A stretch of DNA of 64,000 nt from the NCBI RefSeq assembly GCF_963506605.1, contig NC_083276.1, positions 1,302,001-1,366,000 on the forward strand, given 5' to 3'. Source of the DNA: Zootoca vivipara. Lineage: Eukaryota. The notes under the pieces were generated by a model that was not told where the DNA came from, did not search any database, and was given only the letters and a program-made list of their open reading frames with translations. A program made the translations under genes and the position numbers. Below are positions 23,588 through 37,100 of this stretch, one piece after another (position 1 is the stretch's first letter; each line of letters opens with the position of its first letter).

Positions 23588-26500
23588 TTATTTGTTGGTG
23601 GTATTTTTTATTATTAATTTTTTCTAAGCTGTTTCATGGGAAATGACTAATTTCCCCCTTTTTAACAACTGTGGGAAAGTTCAGAGTAACAAGTAGTGGC
23701 GATGTGAGTGAGGAGAATGCCTGGAAGTTGGCTTGGAGCCTGCCCACATGTTATTGTCCTACCTATGGCCGCATTCCTCCCTTCCTTTTAAAATTGCAGT
23801 CATCTACTTTTGAAATGAATGTGTGAGTAAAGCAGTTTTCTTATTTGGTGAGTCCCTCATCTTTAGGAGAGATTGAGCTACTGTACTTCTAACCCTCTCC
23901 TCTTCACCCTCATAGCTAGCAGAAGTGCTAGCTATTTCCCATTCCTTTGCATTTGTGTAGAAAACGTGGTCTTGGTGTGGGGCAGATCACTGAACCCCAC
24001 TGTCTTTCTCAGTTAGGGGTGGGGAACCTCCAGTCCACGGGCTGAATTCCATCTGGTGCAGGTTCTGGTTTGGCCTGTGAGGCTGTTTTCCCCAGACCAT
24101 GGCCACCTACCCAACATACGCGATGCCAGGTAGAGTTGTGGGTTTGATTGGATGCACAACTCAGTTCCCCATAGCGAACTTGAGCATACAGTTTGAAGTC
24201 ACCACCCCATCGCCTGGCAGTCCGTGACTTCAAGCCTAGTAGGTCAGGTGCCCAGCTCAGTTCCCCGGTGGGGAACTGAGGACCAGTAGTCAGGGACCAG
24301 TAGTCAGGGATGATGGGAATTGTAGTCCCAAAACAGCTGGAGGGCCAAGTTTGGCCATTACTGAGCTAATGGATCTGAAAGCTGTAACCAGACACCAGGC
24401 TATCCCTGGGAAGGTGCTAAATCTGGTGTATTTAACTGGTTTGTAGGAAGTTATTGCCAGGCCTGTGCCAGTCCTTAAGCAGGAGAACTTAATGGGAGTG
24501 AGTCTGGAATGGTTAGCATATTTGTAATAGTGACTCCTGAGGAAGTTTTTTTGCACTCTCGTAGTAAGAAGGAGCCGGGCTTTGTCACGTTCCACTATAG
24601 TATTGAAAAGGCCATGCTGGACAAGACCAGCCTTGCTTTGCTCCCTTTGTATGGGCATTGCATTGTGCCCCTGCCTCTGATTGGACTGTGCCAGTTTAGA
24701 GGGACTTGAGAGCTCATTTAGGGTGAGCTCAATTAGAATGCAAGTGTGTGTGTTTGAGGGGCGAGCGGGAGACATGAAATTACTGCATTGTACTTTCAGT
24801 TGTATGTATTTTGTGTCTTTTTAAGGGCTGCTTTTGATTTTTATCTTTCCCTGTCCTGGATCAATTAGGGCAAAAAATACTTAGGAGAAACTGCCGTGCC
24901 ACTTTCGATGTGCCCCGAGAAAAAGGAACTCGGTCTTTTCTGTGTCTTTCCAGTTAAATTATTCTGCCTTGTGCACATGAAGAAAGCTTGTTGTAAGGTT
25001 GCCTTGGGAGCTTCTTCACACTTGGTACTGGGAATGCTCACAGGACGTTCCAGAGTCCCCAAAGAAGTGCATGAACTCCCAGAAGAGGGGCTGTGTGCTT
25101 GCGTGCCTGTGTGTGGTCTCTTTGCTTGCTAAAGTTGCTTTTGAAGTGTTAGTGCTTATGGAAGCTTACTTGACTGCCCTTTCTTTTTTGCTTGAAAGGT
25201 GTGGTGGCCTCTCATCAGCCTCATATTCCAGGGAAATGCGGGCTGCTTGGTTTCTCCCACACTCGCGGGAAGAGCGGCAGTGTGGATTCTGATCTGCAGT
25301 TTCTAGGACTGAGCAATCCCTGGCAAGATAAAGGTATTTGTAGAATAACCATCTTTTAAGCATTTGTGCATGCCAGACCCATTCCAGTGTGCCCTGTGCA
25401 TTGCATATAAGAGGGTGGCTTGCATTGATCCAGATGATTGGTTCAACTGGCAAAGCACTTGCAACGGTTTTCCGGGCCATGAGCAGAAGTCTTTCCTGGC
25501 TTTCTGCTGTCTAACATCTTTAACCTGACATGCACAGAGCATGGCCGCAGAACTGTAGCAATAATAATAGGAGTCATTATGTTCTGAAGCCCTTTAAGGT
25601 CAAAGCTCTGTGCTATTGATTACTTCCTCACACAGTGAATGCATGTATGGGTCAGTTTCCTCCTCTGAAATGAATGGTGAGCCCTTGCAAGCAGTGAGTG
25701 CCCAGTGATGCAGATACAGCGGCCTTTTTTCTTCTTTTGCTTGTTAGGAAGCAGGAACACTGGCAAAGAGCACGAGGAAAGTATGGAGCCCAGCTCATTC
25801 AGCCGGCCTTGGGCACAGGACCCTTGGTTCTTCCTCCAGCCCAACTGCTTATTCACCAAACCTGTAGTGCAGAATTACATCTGCGGTAGGGGGCAGAGAA
25901 GGAACAAATTTTGCAGAATAATAACAAGAAAGATTCCACCCGAGTGTCATGTTGATTGGATGGACTCAGCTAATTTGCATATAATGAATGATATATGAAA
26001 TTTGAAAAAGTTATCTGGATACAGTGTTGGGGAAATGTCTTTAAATTGCTGAAGTTCTGCTTGGATCTCCAAGTAACAGATATGCCGGTAGCCTGAAAAA
26101 AATAAAATAAAATAAAAGTTGTGTGCTTGTTTATTTAGAGGTGATTTCCCTGCCAAGGCACCATCTGCTCTGGTCACCTCCTTTCCTCCTTCAATCTATG
26201 CACACACAGGCACAGCTCACCCACCACCAGTGCTTCTTGATCCCCTGCGATCATTAGAAAGGGCTCCTGTTGTCCAGTGGAAGTAAGAGTGTGCAAAGAA
26301 CTTCTCTCAGACAAGGAGCAGCACAGGCAGACCATTTAAATCCAGTATTTACTTTAGTAATCTGGTGTGGGAGGAAGTAGCCTGGTGAGCACCTTGTCTT
26401 TTGGATTTTAGTCTCTCCAGTGAAGCCAAGGTGGCAGGACCCGTTTGTAGGCCACGGACCATCAGTTAAGCAATGTAACATGTCCTTTTGATATGCTTTT

Positions 26501-28066
26501 GACTTCAAGGAAAATCTCTCGGTGTGACTGGTGCTTGGAGATTGGTTATCAGACAGGTTCGACAAGAAATAATTTTAAAATGGTTGTGTTTCCTTTCATG
26601 CTTCTTTAACCTGGATTCTGTGTTTCTTTTCCCCTTCCACCCAGTGTGTGCCAGCCTCAGTTTCCCCAGCAAGCCTCAGCGGACCTTCTGCAGCCCACCT
26701 GAGCATGCACCGCCTCTCCTGGGCTCCCACCCCAGCCAAGCAGCTTTCATCCTTCCGTCCTATCCATTCTCATCACCCAGGCACAGTCCAAAGCACACCT
26801 CCCCTCCTGCGGACTCGCTCAAGAAGCCACAAGACTTCTCTAATTCCTGGCCTCTGAAGAGTTTCGAAGGGCTTCCAAAACCTAGTCATCAGAAGAAGTT
26901 TTCCAGCCCGATGGCAGGAGAGGACGCAGGTACGAGCCCTGGCGGAAATAGCTTGATGCAGTCTCCAGTAATGCATGCTGAACCTGGTATGGAAGGGTTG
27001 CCAAAGGCGGAAAGAGAAGGAGAAGGAAAGTGCCACCTCACCCTGCTGCAACCCAGTCTCCAGCAAGGGGGTCTTCCTGGGCCCCAGGAGGGAGGAGGGA
27101 GGCTGGGGTCAGCACTGGCAAGAAGCAGGCAACCATGGAAATCTCTGCGTTTCTCCTTTGCACACGGCTTCCCCCACACACTTCCTTTACATGTTACTGA
27201 TCAGTAACTAAGCATCTGCCCAAATAGGGGGAATCTTTCTTTGCCTCTAGAAAGGGGTTATAGCTTCAGGAGTTGGCAAATTCCAGAGAAAGGGAGTTTC
27301 ACAGCTGGTGAGTAACTGGCATTGTGGCAGGACCGGGGGGGGGGGGAGGGGGAGAAGAAGCTGTCTCGGGGTCTGCAGGACTCAAGTCATTGAGGGATTT
27401 ATAGGTCAAAACCAGAAGAGGTTAATTCGGTGTCCAGGGCAGTTGTCTATCAGCTCCATCTGGTACGCAGGCTTAAACCCTACCTGCCGGCAGACTGCCT
27501 CGCCAGAGTGGTGCATGCTCTGGTTATCTCCCGCTTGGATTACTGCAATGTGCTCTATGTGGGGCTACCTTTGAAGGTGACCAGGAAACTGCAACTAATC
27601 CAGAATGCGGCAGCTAGACTGGTGACTGGAAGCGGCCGCCGGGACCACATAACACCGGTGCTGAGAGATCTACACTGGCTCCCAGTACGTTTCACAGCAG
27701 AATTCAAAGTGTTGGTGTTGACCTTTAAAGCCCTAAACGGCCTTGATCCTGTATACCTGAAGGAGCGTCTCCACCCCCACCGTTCAGCCCGGACACTGAG
27801 ATCCAGCGCCGAGGGCCTTCTGGCGGTTCCCTCATTGCGAGAAGTGAGGTTACAGGGAACCAGACAGAGGGCCTTCTCAGTAGCAGCACCCGCTCTGTGG
27901 AATGCCTTTCCATCAGATGTCAAGGAAATAAGCAGCTATCCTAATTTTAAAAGACATCTGAAGGCAGCCCTGTTTAGGGAAGCTTTTAATATTTAATGCT
28001 GTATTGTTTTAATATTCAATTGGGAGCCGCCCAGAGTGGCTGGGGAGACTCAGCCAGATGGGCGGG

Positions 28067-28105
<39 letters not shown>

Positions 28106-31100
28106 CTAGGAAACAATATTAAAAGCCAATGTGGGCTGTGCATCAGTAGTGCAGTATGTTGTTCCCTTCTGTATATGAAAAGAACTCTACTTTTAAAATG
28201 TTCTGAACGTGTTCTGCCTGTGTGTTTTCTGATGCAGAGGCAAAGCCACAGGATACGCCTCCCATTCAGCTGAAACCTGCCTTTGTGAGATCGCCAGCTT
28301 CGCGGAGAGGCCTGAGTGGAACAAAACCAGTGCCTCCCATCCCCAGGGGCCTTAGTCCCTTACCTGACAGAGTGGAAACCAACGTAGTGGGACACAAGAA
28401 CGGGGAGCCAGAAGACATCTGGCTGAATGAGAGGGACAGGAAGCTGGCCATTGATCTTTCAGAGTTGAATGTCAATGAAAAGGAGCTGGATGAGGAAGAG
28501 GTGGGGGCTCAGTGTGGTGTTTTTACTGTTACGAAAGGGTGAATAGCCAAATTATTTTCCTGGACTTCCCATAGAATGTATACACACAGCAAACACAGGT
28601 TTGCTTGTAGTTTCTGTATTCCATGTTGCTTTCTTATCATAGGCACTGCCTGGGGTGGGGGTGGGGGCGGGTGAGATGATGATTCTTTTAAACAAAATTC
28701 CTGCTCCTCACTCCAGCATCCAATCATAGGGGGGGCAGCAAGTAATTCTGTAACCTCACACTTGCGCTTCCTCACAGTATCCAGCCGGGATCACGTCTCT
28801 TCCCTTCTTTTCAGATGCAGAGTTCTCTCCGCTCCTTACGTAACAGTGCTGCCAAAAAGAGGGCAAAGCTAAATGGCAGCACTTCCGATCTCGAAAGCCC
28901 AGACTCTGTCCTGAAACTCGACCTGACCTCAGAGTCTCCTTCTTGCTTGTCGTCCCCAAGCACCAGCTCCTACAGCGAAAGTGGAGTGTATAGCCAGGAG
29001 TCCGTGACGTCCCCGCTTTCGACAGCCCCTCAGGGAATGAGAACAATGTGAGTGTCATTCATAGCACAAGGGGAGGAATCCACAGCCCATGGCTAGGAGT
29101 AAGGGGAGGTTTCGTTATCCCGTGCGGGCCTTTTCCTGGAGGTGCTGGTGGGAGGGTACTGAACCACCTGGGATTTCCTGCATTCAAAGCAAGTGTTCAG
29201 TCACTGAGCTGTAGAGGGGCAGTCCTTGTGTTCTTTTGGAGACTTCAAGGGTTGCTGAGCCCTGATGGGGGCGGCTGGGGACATGTTATGCCAGTGCTCC
29301 AGAATATGCGCTTGCTGAAGCCTTCCGGGTGCCCTTCTCCGGGCTCGGTAGTTTGTGCTCCTTGCCCCTCATTTGAACTCCTATAAACAACAGTTAAAAC
29401 AACAGCACACGCATAGAAGCAGTGCATATCCAAGGCAGACACCAACTGGGACCAAGGCTTTAGAAGGCATGTTGAAAGAGAAACTTGAACTTGCCATCCT
29501 TGTTCTGGGTGCTGGGAGCTGCCATTAGTGGCTCCAGTTCTGTGTGCAGTGAAACACCCACTTGGAGGGATGGTTTCTCTGGGCCATGTGAAGAAGTTCT
29601 CCATTTCTCGTGTGTTCTCGGTCCTCGGAGAGCTGGTTCCTTCCCGCAAATTCTCTCGGATGAGTAATGGTGAAAGCTGGAGCACTTTGTGCAGGGTAGG
29701 AGCGAGTTAACAAAAGCGCCTTTCTTGCTGCCACAGGTCGGACATATTCCCTCTCCTTGGAGGTAACTCCCAGCCAATGAAGCTCTCACCAACACGGAAT
29801 CGAGGTCCTGTAACTGTGGAGCAGAGTTCCAGCACAGGTAGTCTGTAGGGCACATAAAGAGAGGGGGGTGGATTTAATGGGGGCCAAGTTGCTCTGTTTG
29901 CAATGTCTGTGGATGCTCCAGTGGGTCTCCCTTTGTTGACCTTCCAGGTCAGCGAAAGAGGGTGGGCAGGCAGCAGCCTTAGACCCAGCCAGCTTTTTAA
30001 TGCGGATTTGCAATCAGGTCGCATCCTATGTGGGGGTTGGGCTCTAAAGGTTGGACATAATATGGGGAAATGCATATAGCAAAAATTACGTTTTCATTGG
30101 GCTGGGAAAGGAAGGCAAGCCTCTTCCATGTCTCTGCTGGCTCCCCTCCTCCCCATGTAGTGACTCCCAGAAAGGATGGAGGCAGGCAGGCAGGCAGAGA
30201 GAGGGGGAGAGATGGGAGGAGGAAGGCTGGCAGAGAGTGATGCAGGCAGAAGAAAAAGGAGACGTAGCTGAACATGTAAAGTTGAATTTGCGTAAATACA
30301 ATGCACATAGGATGTGACTCAATTGTATTGCTGGGAGGGGTCGATACAATCTACACATTAAGAAAATAAAGGCACTGCAAACTGTCAGCATATTACTTTT
30401 GATGTCCTAGAATGACATGCTTTTTATGAGATTTGCCTTAAAGAAGTTAGTAACAACTTTGACTTGGCATTTGGCTGGTATTGGATCAACTTTATGAAGC
30501 AAGGTTTCCTGTCAGAAAAACATAGTACAGTAGTGGAAAGGTTTCTACCCCAGCCACATTACCTACTGGGTGTTCTGCTACTTCCCCAAACATGTACTGA
30601 GACCTAAATTCTAGTTTTCCTTGAACTATCTCCCAAAGCCCATATGTTAACTCTTTTCATCGGGTTGTGACAAAAATTCGCCAGGCAGATCTGCCCCCTG
30701 CAAGCAGTTTCTACACACAGAATTCACACTCTGGCCACTTTGGGACGGGCATTTGCAAAATTAGGTGGCTTCCCGTGTTGCTCTTCGGAACAATTTGCTA
30801 TGGATTCTGCCTTCCAGGGATAATGTTCCATGAAAAAGCAGCTTCCAGCGTGAGCATCAGCGGCCAGCGCCTGAGCTACGGGAACGGATCAGGAGATTAT
30901 GAAGAGGACAGACAGAAAGTGGCATCGCCTGCCATCCTTAAAGGGCAGAGTAAAGAGCACCAAAGGCACTGTAAATCCACCAAAGGTAATCAGGGGGAGG
31001 GTGCCACTGAGTGGGCAGCTGGAAGGGAGGGCCTTTTACTCTACTCCTCTAAATTTGGGCCTGAATCCTCTTAGTCTTCCTTCCTGATGCTCTGTGTGTA

Positions 31101-34100
31101 ATAGAGAGAGAGTAAAGTGCTGCCTTCAGATGTGGTAGTTTCTAGCTTTTCATTTTAAGGTTAAACTGGAGGGATGTTTCTGGGGGGCATGGGAGTGACG
31201 GCACACATGTTGGACCTGATCCAGAGCTGTGTGATGCTACAGTAGGCATGCAGGGCCTCCGCGAGAGCATTTGCTTCTCTGTCTTTGGATCAGGCTCCTG
31301 AGGGCAAGTGGAGGCCCACCTTGTGTACTGGATCCACTGGTTTGGGCTGTTGATATGAAATGCAAAACCAGAAGGGAACTTTCTCAATGTCGTGGGTGCA
31401 AAGCAAAAATAACTTAATGAGGAATTATAGGTAGTTTTAACACCTGGTTTTTCTTTGCTTTTCTAGGGTTTACAGGGCCCACTTCGAGTTTACAGCAGCT
31501 AACTAGCTTAGACTTCATTTCACCGAGTGCCTTGTCAGAAGACTCTGTAGTCATTGTTGGAAAAGGTATTTCGAACAAGCACATGTTTATTACAATGCTT
31601 CTTCTGCTGGCCTGAAAGATAGTCTCACCCCTTATACAGCCAGTCAGTCACTGCTCTGCAGGTGAGGGCCTCCTTCAGAAACCATCCTATCAGGAGGTCC
31701 ACTCACCCCAATGGAGGAATTGGACCTTTAGTGTCGCCTCCCCCCTTGAATATTGGACAGGCGCCGTGTCTGTTGCCTTTTCAGCACCATCTGAAGATCT
31801 TCCTTTTTCAATAGCCCTTTTCAATTCCCAGTCTCCATTTGGAATGAAATTGTTCTTAAGATGTTTCATCGCTTTTGCCAGGACTCGTTTGGGGAAAAGC
31901 GTGGGATATAAATTTCATTGATATATAAATAATAAAGAAAATGATCAGGAAGGCTGAAAATATATTTTGCTTTATGATCCTTGTTGGAGTGGGAGGTCAC
32001 ATGGACCTGTGCAAACATTTCCTGCTGAGCAAATAATATACTCGGTGTGTGCAAAAAATGGCACATTGGTCACTGTGCTTGCCTTTTCCTGCTGGCAATA
32101 AAAGAGGCAAAGAAAGGTAGAAAAGAAAACAGTTCCTGCGCACATTGAATGACATTGGTGCTGTCGTCGCCTTGTTTAAACCTGTGCATAAAATGGTTGT
32201 GTTTAAAGAAATAATGTGTGCCAGGAAAAAAAAACATTCATCATGAGTGCTGGATCTTACATGATAACCCAATGAGCCATATATCTATTTTTAGGAGTGT
32301 TTGGAAGCCCGCCTTCAGCTCCACTAAGTTATGGTCAGTCCCTGATATTCTCCATGGAGAATGGAGATGCACCTTCGTTCAAGCAAAGCATGGAGCCGCT
32401 TTCCGGGATCTACGGGAGAGCCGTCCAACAGCAGAACCCTGCACTTTATTTTGATGTAGAAAACGAAAGAGATGTAAGAATGGAAAAGATGTTGCAGACG
32501 AGCTTTCTGAAAATGCATAATGCACCTGTGTGCCACGGTTTCTGCGATCACATTTTGTTCTTGTTGATGTTGTTTAATGTGTTAAGATGTTGCATGTGGC
32601 CAAATAATGCGCCTACAGATAATGGGCTCAGGAACGAATTGCAAATAGTTCCTGATACAAATTGCGGCACAGTGACAAATGCTGACATGATCCCATTCTA
32701 CTATCCTAAATGGCTCCAGCAAGTTTAAACAATAAAGCACAAGCTTTTTTTCACTAGGCTACAAAATGCTTAGTGAGGCCCTATTTTTTTCTTACTCTGG
32801 TTAGCAGAATAGAGAGAGACTTACTTTTCACTTTGGCTCATTTCTCCTTTGCGCTAAAGTATCTGGTACAGCCATCTGCAGCCTCTTAGCAATTGCTGAC
32901 CTCTCAATAGCTGATCACTCATGGATATGCAGTGTCTTGCAGAGTGCATCAGAGTTAACATCGCAAACATGGTGTTCTTTGCATGACTGTTTCTTGAATC
33001 ATCTTGTTTTTCTGCTGTATAAATGTTCTTTTGAGTACCAAAATGGTGTGTGTGTGTGTGTGTGTGTGTTTGAAAAAGTGAGGAGATGATTGTGAGGGAA
33101 AGGGGACTTGTCCTGTTTCTTTACTGAAGTGTTATGTCGCTTCATCCATTAAGATAGTGTTGGCCTCCAGGAATGAAGTCATATGACTGGAGAATCCACC
33201 AATAATATTCAGAAATTTTGACATTCAGGTGTCTCTTGAAGACTTTTCATGCCAACGGTCCTTCGTAGCTGTTTTATTTTTGATGAGCCTGGCACATGCG
33301 TTTGCATTTTTAAAACATTTTTTGTTTTTACATTGTACGCCACCTTGATATTTTTTTGATAACAGTGGGTATAAAAATACTTACTATAAAAAAGTACACT
33401 TTCCTGTTCTATGCAGATGAAAGTTGCCTTATCCAAATCTGCCCGGGAGAAGATGAGACAGAAGAAGAGAGAAGAAAAAGAATATCAGGAAGTTAGAGAT
33501 CTTGAAAGAAAAGAACCGCACACTTGGGAACTGCTTAAGCACAATGAATCGGAGAAGAAGACAACCGAAACCAGTAAGCCAAGTTGTTGTTTTTAACTGC
33601 TCTTGCAATGCCACCTTGTAAATAAGCCTGTGAAAGTCACTGACCTTCAAGTCCAGCTCCATCACTTATTTCTGTGCTGTGCATGGAGGGAGAAGCCTTT
33701 CTTCCTCTGGCAGGCTGCTTGGTCTCTGTGTGCAGATCGCAGAGTAAGGATGAAACACTGAAAGCAACAGTGCTTTAAGATCCATTGAGCTCTGTTTCTT
33801 ACTCCAAATGCGATTTATTTCTGGTGTGGTTTGGGGTGTGCGTAGCACTTGTTTCTCTAAATCGGCTGGGGGCTGTACAAAGATTAAAAGAGGCTTGTGA
33901 TTTAAGTAACTTATGGAGATGTGCTGTTTAATGAAATCTGGTTCTTTGCGCTTAGGAAATGCTGCTTTCAGTCCTCTGTTGAAGAGAATGTCAAGTGTAA
34001 AAAGGGCACAGCCTTCGGTCTTGCTAGAATCAGGTGAGACGTCGCAGCTCAGATGTAAAAAAGAGATTGTTGCAGTGTCAGATATTGTGGGGTGTCTCAG

Positions 34101-37100
34101 ATAGGTTGCTTCTACCGTTGGGAACATCTGTCCATCCCTGGGGCTGGGGCTGCATCTGGTTGCTCTGCCTATGCAGCCACATGCTTGTCATGTGTTTCTA
34201 GTCCCATTGCACTTTTTGAATCACCAACTGGGCAATGCTTGCAGGTGAAGTCTCTCTGGGTCCACGAATGCAGTTGAAAGATCGGGTGCTGTCTGTCACG
34301 CACAGTCCAGAGATAATGGAACCATCCGAACTGAGACCCTTCCCTAAACCTGAACTTGCTCTTTCAGAAGCCCTGCATTATCTTGCTGAAGATGACTGGT
34401 AGGTGACCCAGGTTATCTTTCTCTTCTTTATTTTTATTGACTTTGTCATGCAATCAGCAATTAGAATTGAAGTCTGCCCTTTGCTGCTTGCATAGCTTTG
34501 TGTTGTTTCCATTTTCAAACACAGGGAGAAGAAGATTGAAGGCCTGAACTGGATTAGGTGCCTCTCTGCCTACCACCCTGATGTGTTGACGGCAAAGCTG
34601 CACGAAACCAGCCTGTCTGTTGTTCAGGAGGTTAACCTCACCTCTCCTATCTAGATCTTTTCCTGCAATTTTTTGGCTGATGGTTTTGAGGGGAGCATTT
34701 TTACCTCCCCTGAAGCCTTTATCTAAAAGTTTGATTGTTCATTCAGCTTGTTACTTCCACAACGTATGGCAAAATCCTAACCACGATTCAGTCCCAGCTA
34801 AGAGGGGTTAGGGTCACAGCCTAAATTCGCAAGCACATAGGGCAGCCGATAATTTTATGTTAGATACTGAAGTTGGGATTTTGCTTGGCTTCTTTTTCAC
34901 GTCTGTCAATTAATGGGATGCAGGTAAAATACTATTTTTGGTGGCTTTTTTGGCCTACCAAGCCTAAGCAAAGATGGTCCTCGAATTCAGTCCCTCTAAT
35001 TTCATTGGCATTTTCTACTGGACTGAGTTGGGGCTGCAGGTGGTTCTGAATTATAGAACAACAGCCATGTTACTTTGTAGTGGCAAACAAAACAGTTGAT
35101 TTAACAGAATGCATATACCACTTGAGTGTAACAAAACCTTTGAGCAGTTTGCAAGAAATTAAAATTACCAGTAACAATAAGTAGTTAAAACATTTGAAAG
35201 GCAGTTAAAACCAGCAGTAAACTAAAAGGAGATTAAAACACATTGGCTTTTCTTTTACATGTCTATGTAGGCTTGCCTAAACAAAAACGTTTTATGCAGG
35301 TGCTGAAATGACTATAAACAATACACCTGCCTAATTTTAATAGGCACGGAGTTGCAAAGTGTGGGTGCTGCCACACTAAAATATTTTTTAGGTTTTTAAA
35401 AGAAGAAATGTGGAACAAGTATTCTGTGAGACATGTAACAATGCCAGTTCCGCAGAATGGGCCCTTTGGGGTAAGGCAACCCTGCAGGTAAACTCTTCCC
35501 AAGCTGTTAAGGGTTTTATATACCCGTAGCAACACCTTGTGCCTTGGCCAGTGGCAAATCTGCAACCAATGCAGATCTCAGAGCACATGTGTTACATGCT
35601 GACAAGGTCTCCCATCAGCAGCTTGGCTGCAGTGTTCTGCACTGACTGTAGCTTCCAGGTCAAGCCCAAGGGAAGCCCCACATAGAGTGCATTGCAGTTA
35701 TCCAGCCCTAGAAGTCCCTGTTGCCTGAACTACTGTGGTCAGGCTCTCCCACTCCAGGAACAGTCGTAGCTGCCATGCCAGTGGCAAAGCTAGACCCAGA
35801 AGCGCCCTCAGACTGCAAACCTGCTCCTTCAGGGGAGAGCAAACCTGTCCAGGGCAACCATTTCCTCAAGACTAAGGAAAGATTCTCAGTGTGTCTGCTG
35901 TCTCATCTGGATTTAAGGCAACTGTTGCATTTGCCTTTTGCCATCATCATCTGACTCAAGGTCTTTTCTTCCGCACAGGTGAAGAATTTGCGTTCCGTTG
36001 TTTCCCGAGCTGCCGTGGTTTGCTTAGGGGACTTGTTCAACTTCCTGAAAAAGAGCATGGATCAAGAACTGGATAACACGGTGAAAGTCCTCCTGCACAA
36101 GGCTGGGGAATTGAACACCTTCATTAGGGAGGATGTTGACAAAGCCTTGAAGGCCATGGTGAACAATGTGACACCAGCACGGGCGCTCTCGTCTCTGATC
36201 AACGGAGGCCAAAGGTGAGCCTCTTGAAAATTTTGCACTGGGGCTCTGCAAAGCTTCTCCTGCTTCTTATTTGCTCCTTTGTAGGCCTCTTTGTTGTCAA
36301 ACAAATGTAGTTCATAGTAAGAGCCAGTGTGGTATGGCGGCCAGAGTGTTGGACAGAGTGTTGGGGTTCAATCCCGCTCTTGACCATGGAACTCACTGGA
36401 TACGACCTTCGGTCAGTTACTGCCTCTCAGCCTTACCTTCCTCATGGGGAGGAGGAGGAGGAGGAAGACTTAAGTGTGTCACCTTGAGGCCTTGGAGGAA
36501 AGGTAGGGTTGAAATGAAATGAAATGAAATGAAATGAAATGAAATAGCAGTAGTTAAGCCTTGCTGTGTGAGCTCCTCTGGAAGAAATGGGACTTGCACA
36601 GGAGCACTGTTGAGATGAAGTCCGGTTAGAAATTTGTACAAGCTGTTTTGAAAGGTGTGCTTGGTAGAAAGTTGGGACAGGCAAATTCTGTGTGAGTGCA
36701 GAAACCCTGTCACATAAACCAGTCACTCATCACACTTCAGAAAAGTCTTTCTTTCCTGCAGCAGAACTTTGAGAGAGCTGCTTTATTGTTTCCCCTCCTG
36801 AGCAACAGTGATTCATATGAGTTCTTCCTTGGTTGCTGCTTCTTCTGCATGAAACGAAACTGTCCGTTGGTGAAAGGTTTCGTGTCAGCGCATTCCTACA
36901 AGGCACCTGCTCTCTGGTCCAGATTCCGTTGGGAGAATGGAGCGGGGCTGGTGATTGGTCAGCCGGCCAGATCCACTGCTTTAACTCCAGATGATCTCCA
37001 CATTGCTGTGATCAGGGGCTTAAAGGAAAGGTTCTGGTGTGTGCAGCTGTGGAAGTTTTTAGGGTCTGCTTTCAAAATCATTGTTTCGAGGCCAGATAAC

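Noticed and set aside
33714-33743. 30-nt AG...GT micro-exon candidate in TOGARAM1
   Set aside because: It is frame-compatible but has no homology support and could be chance.
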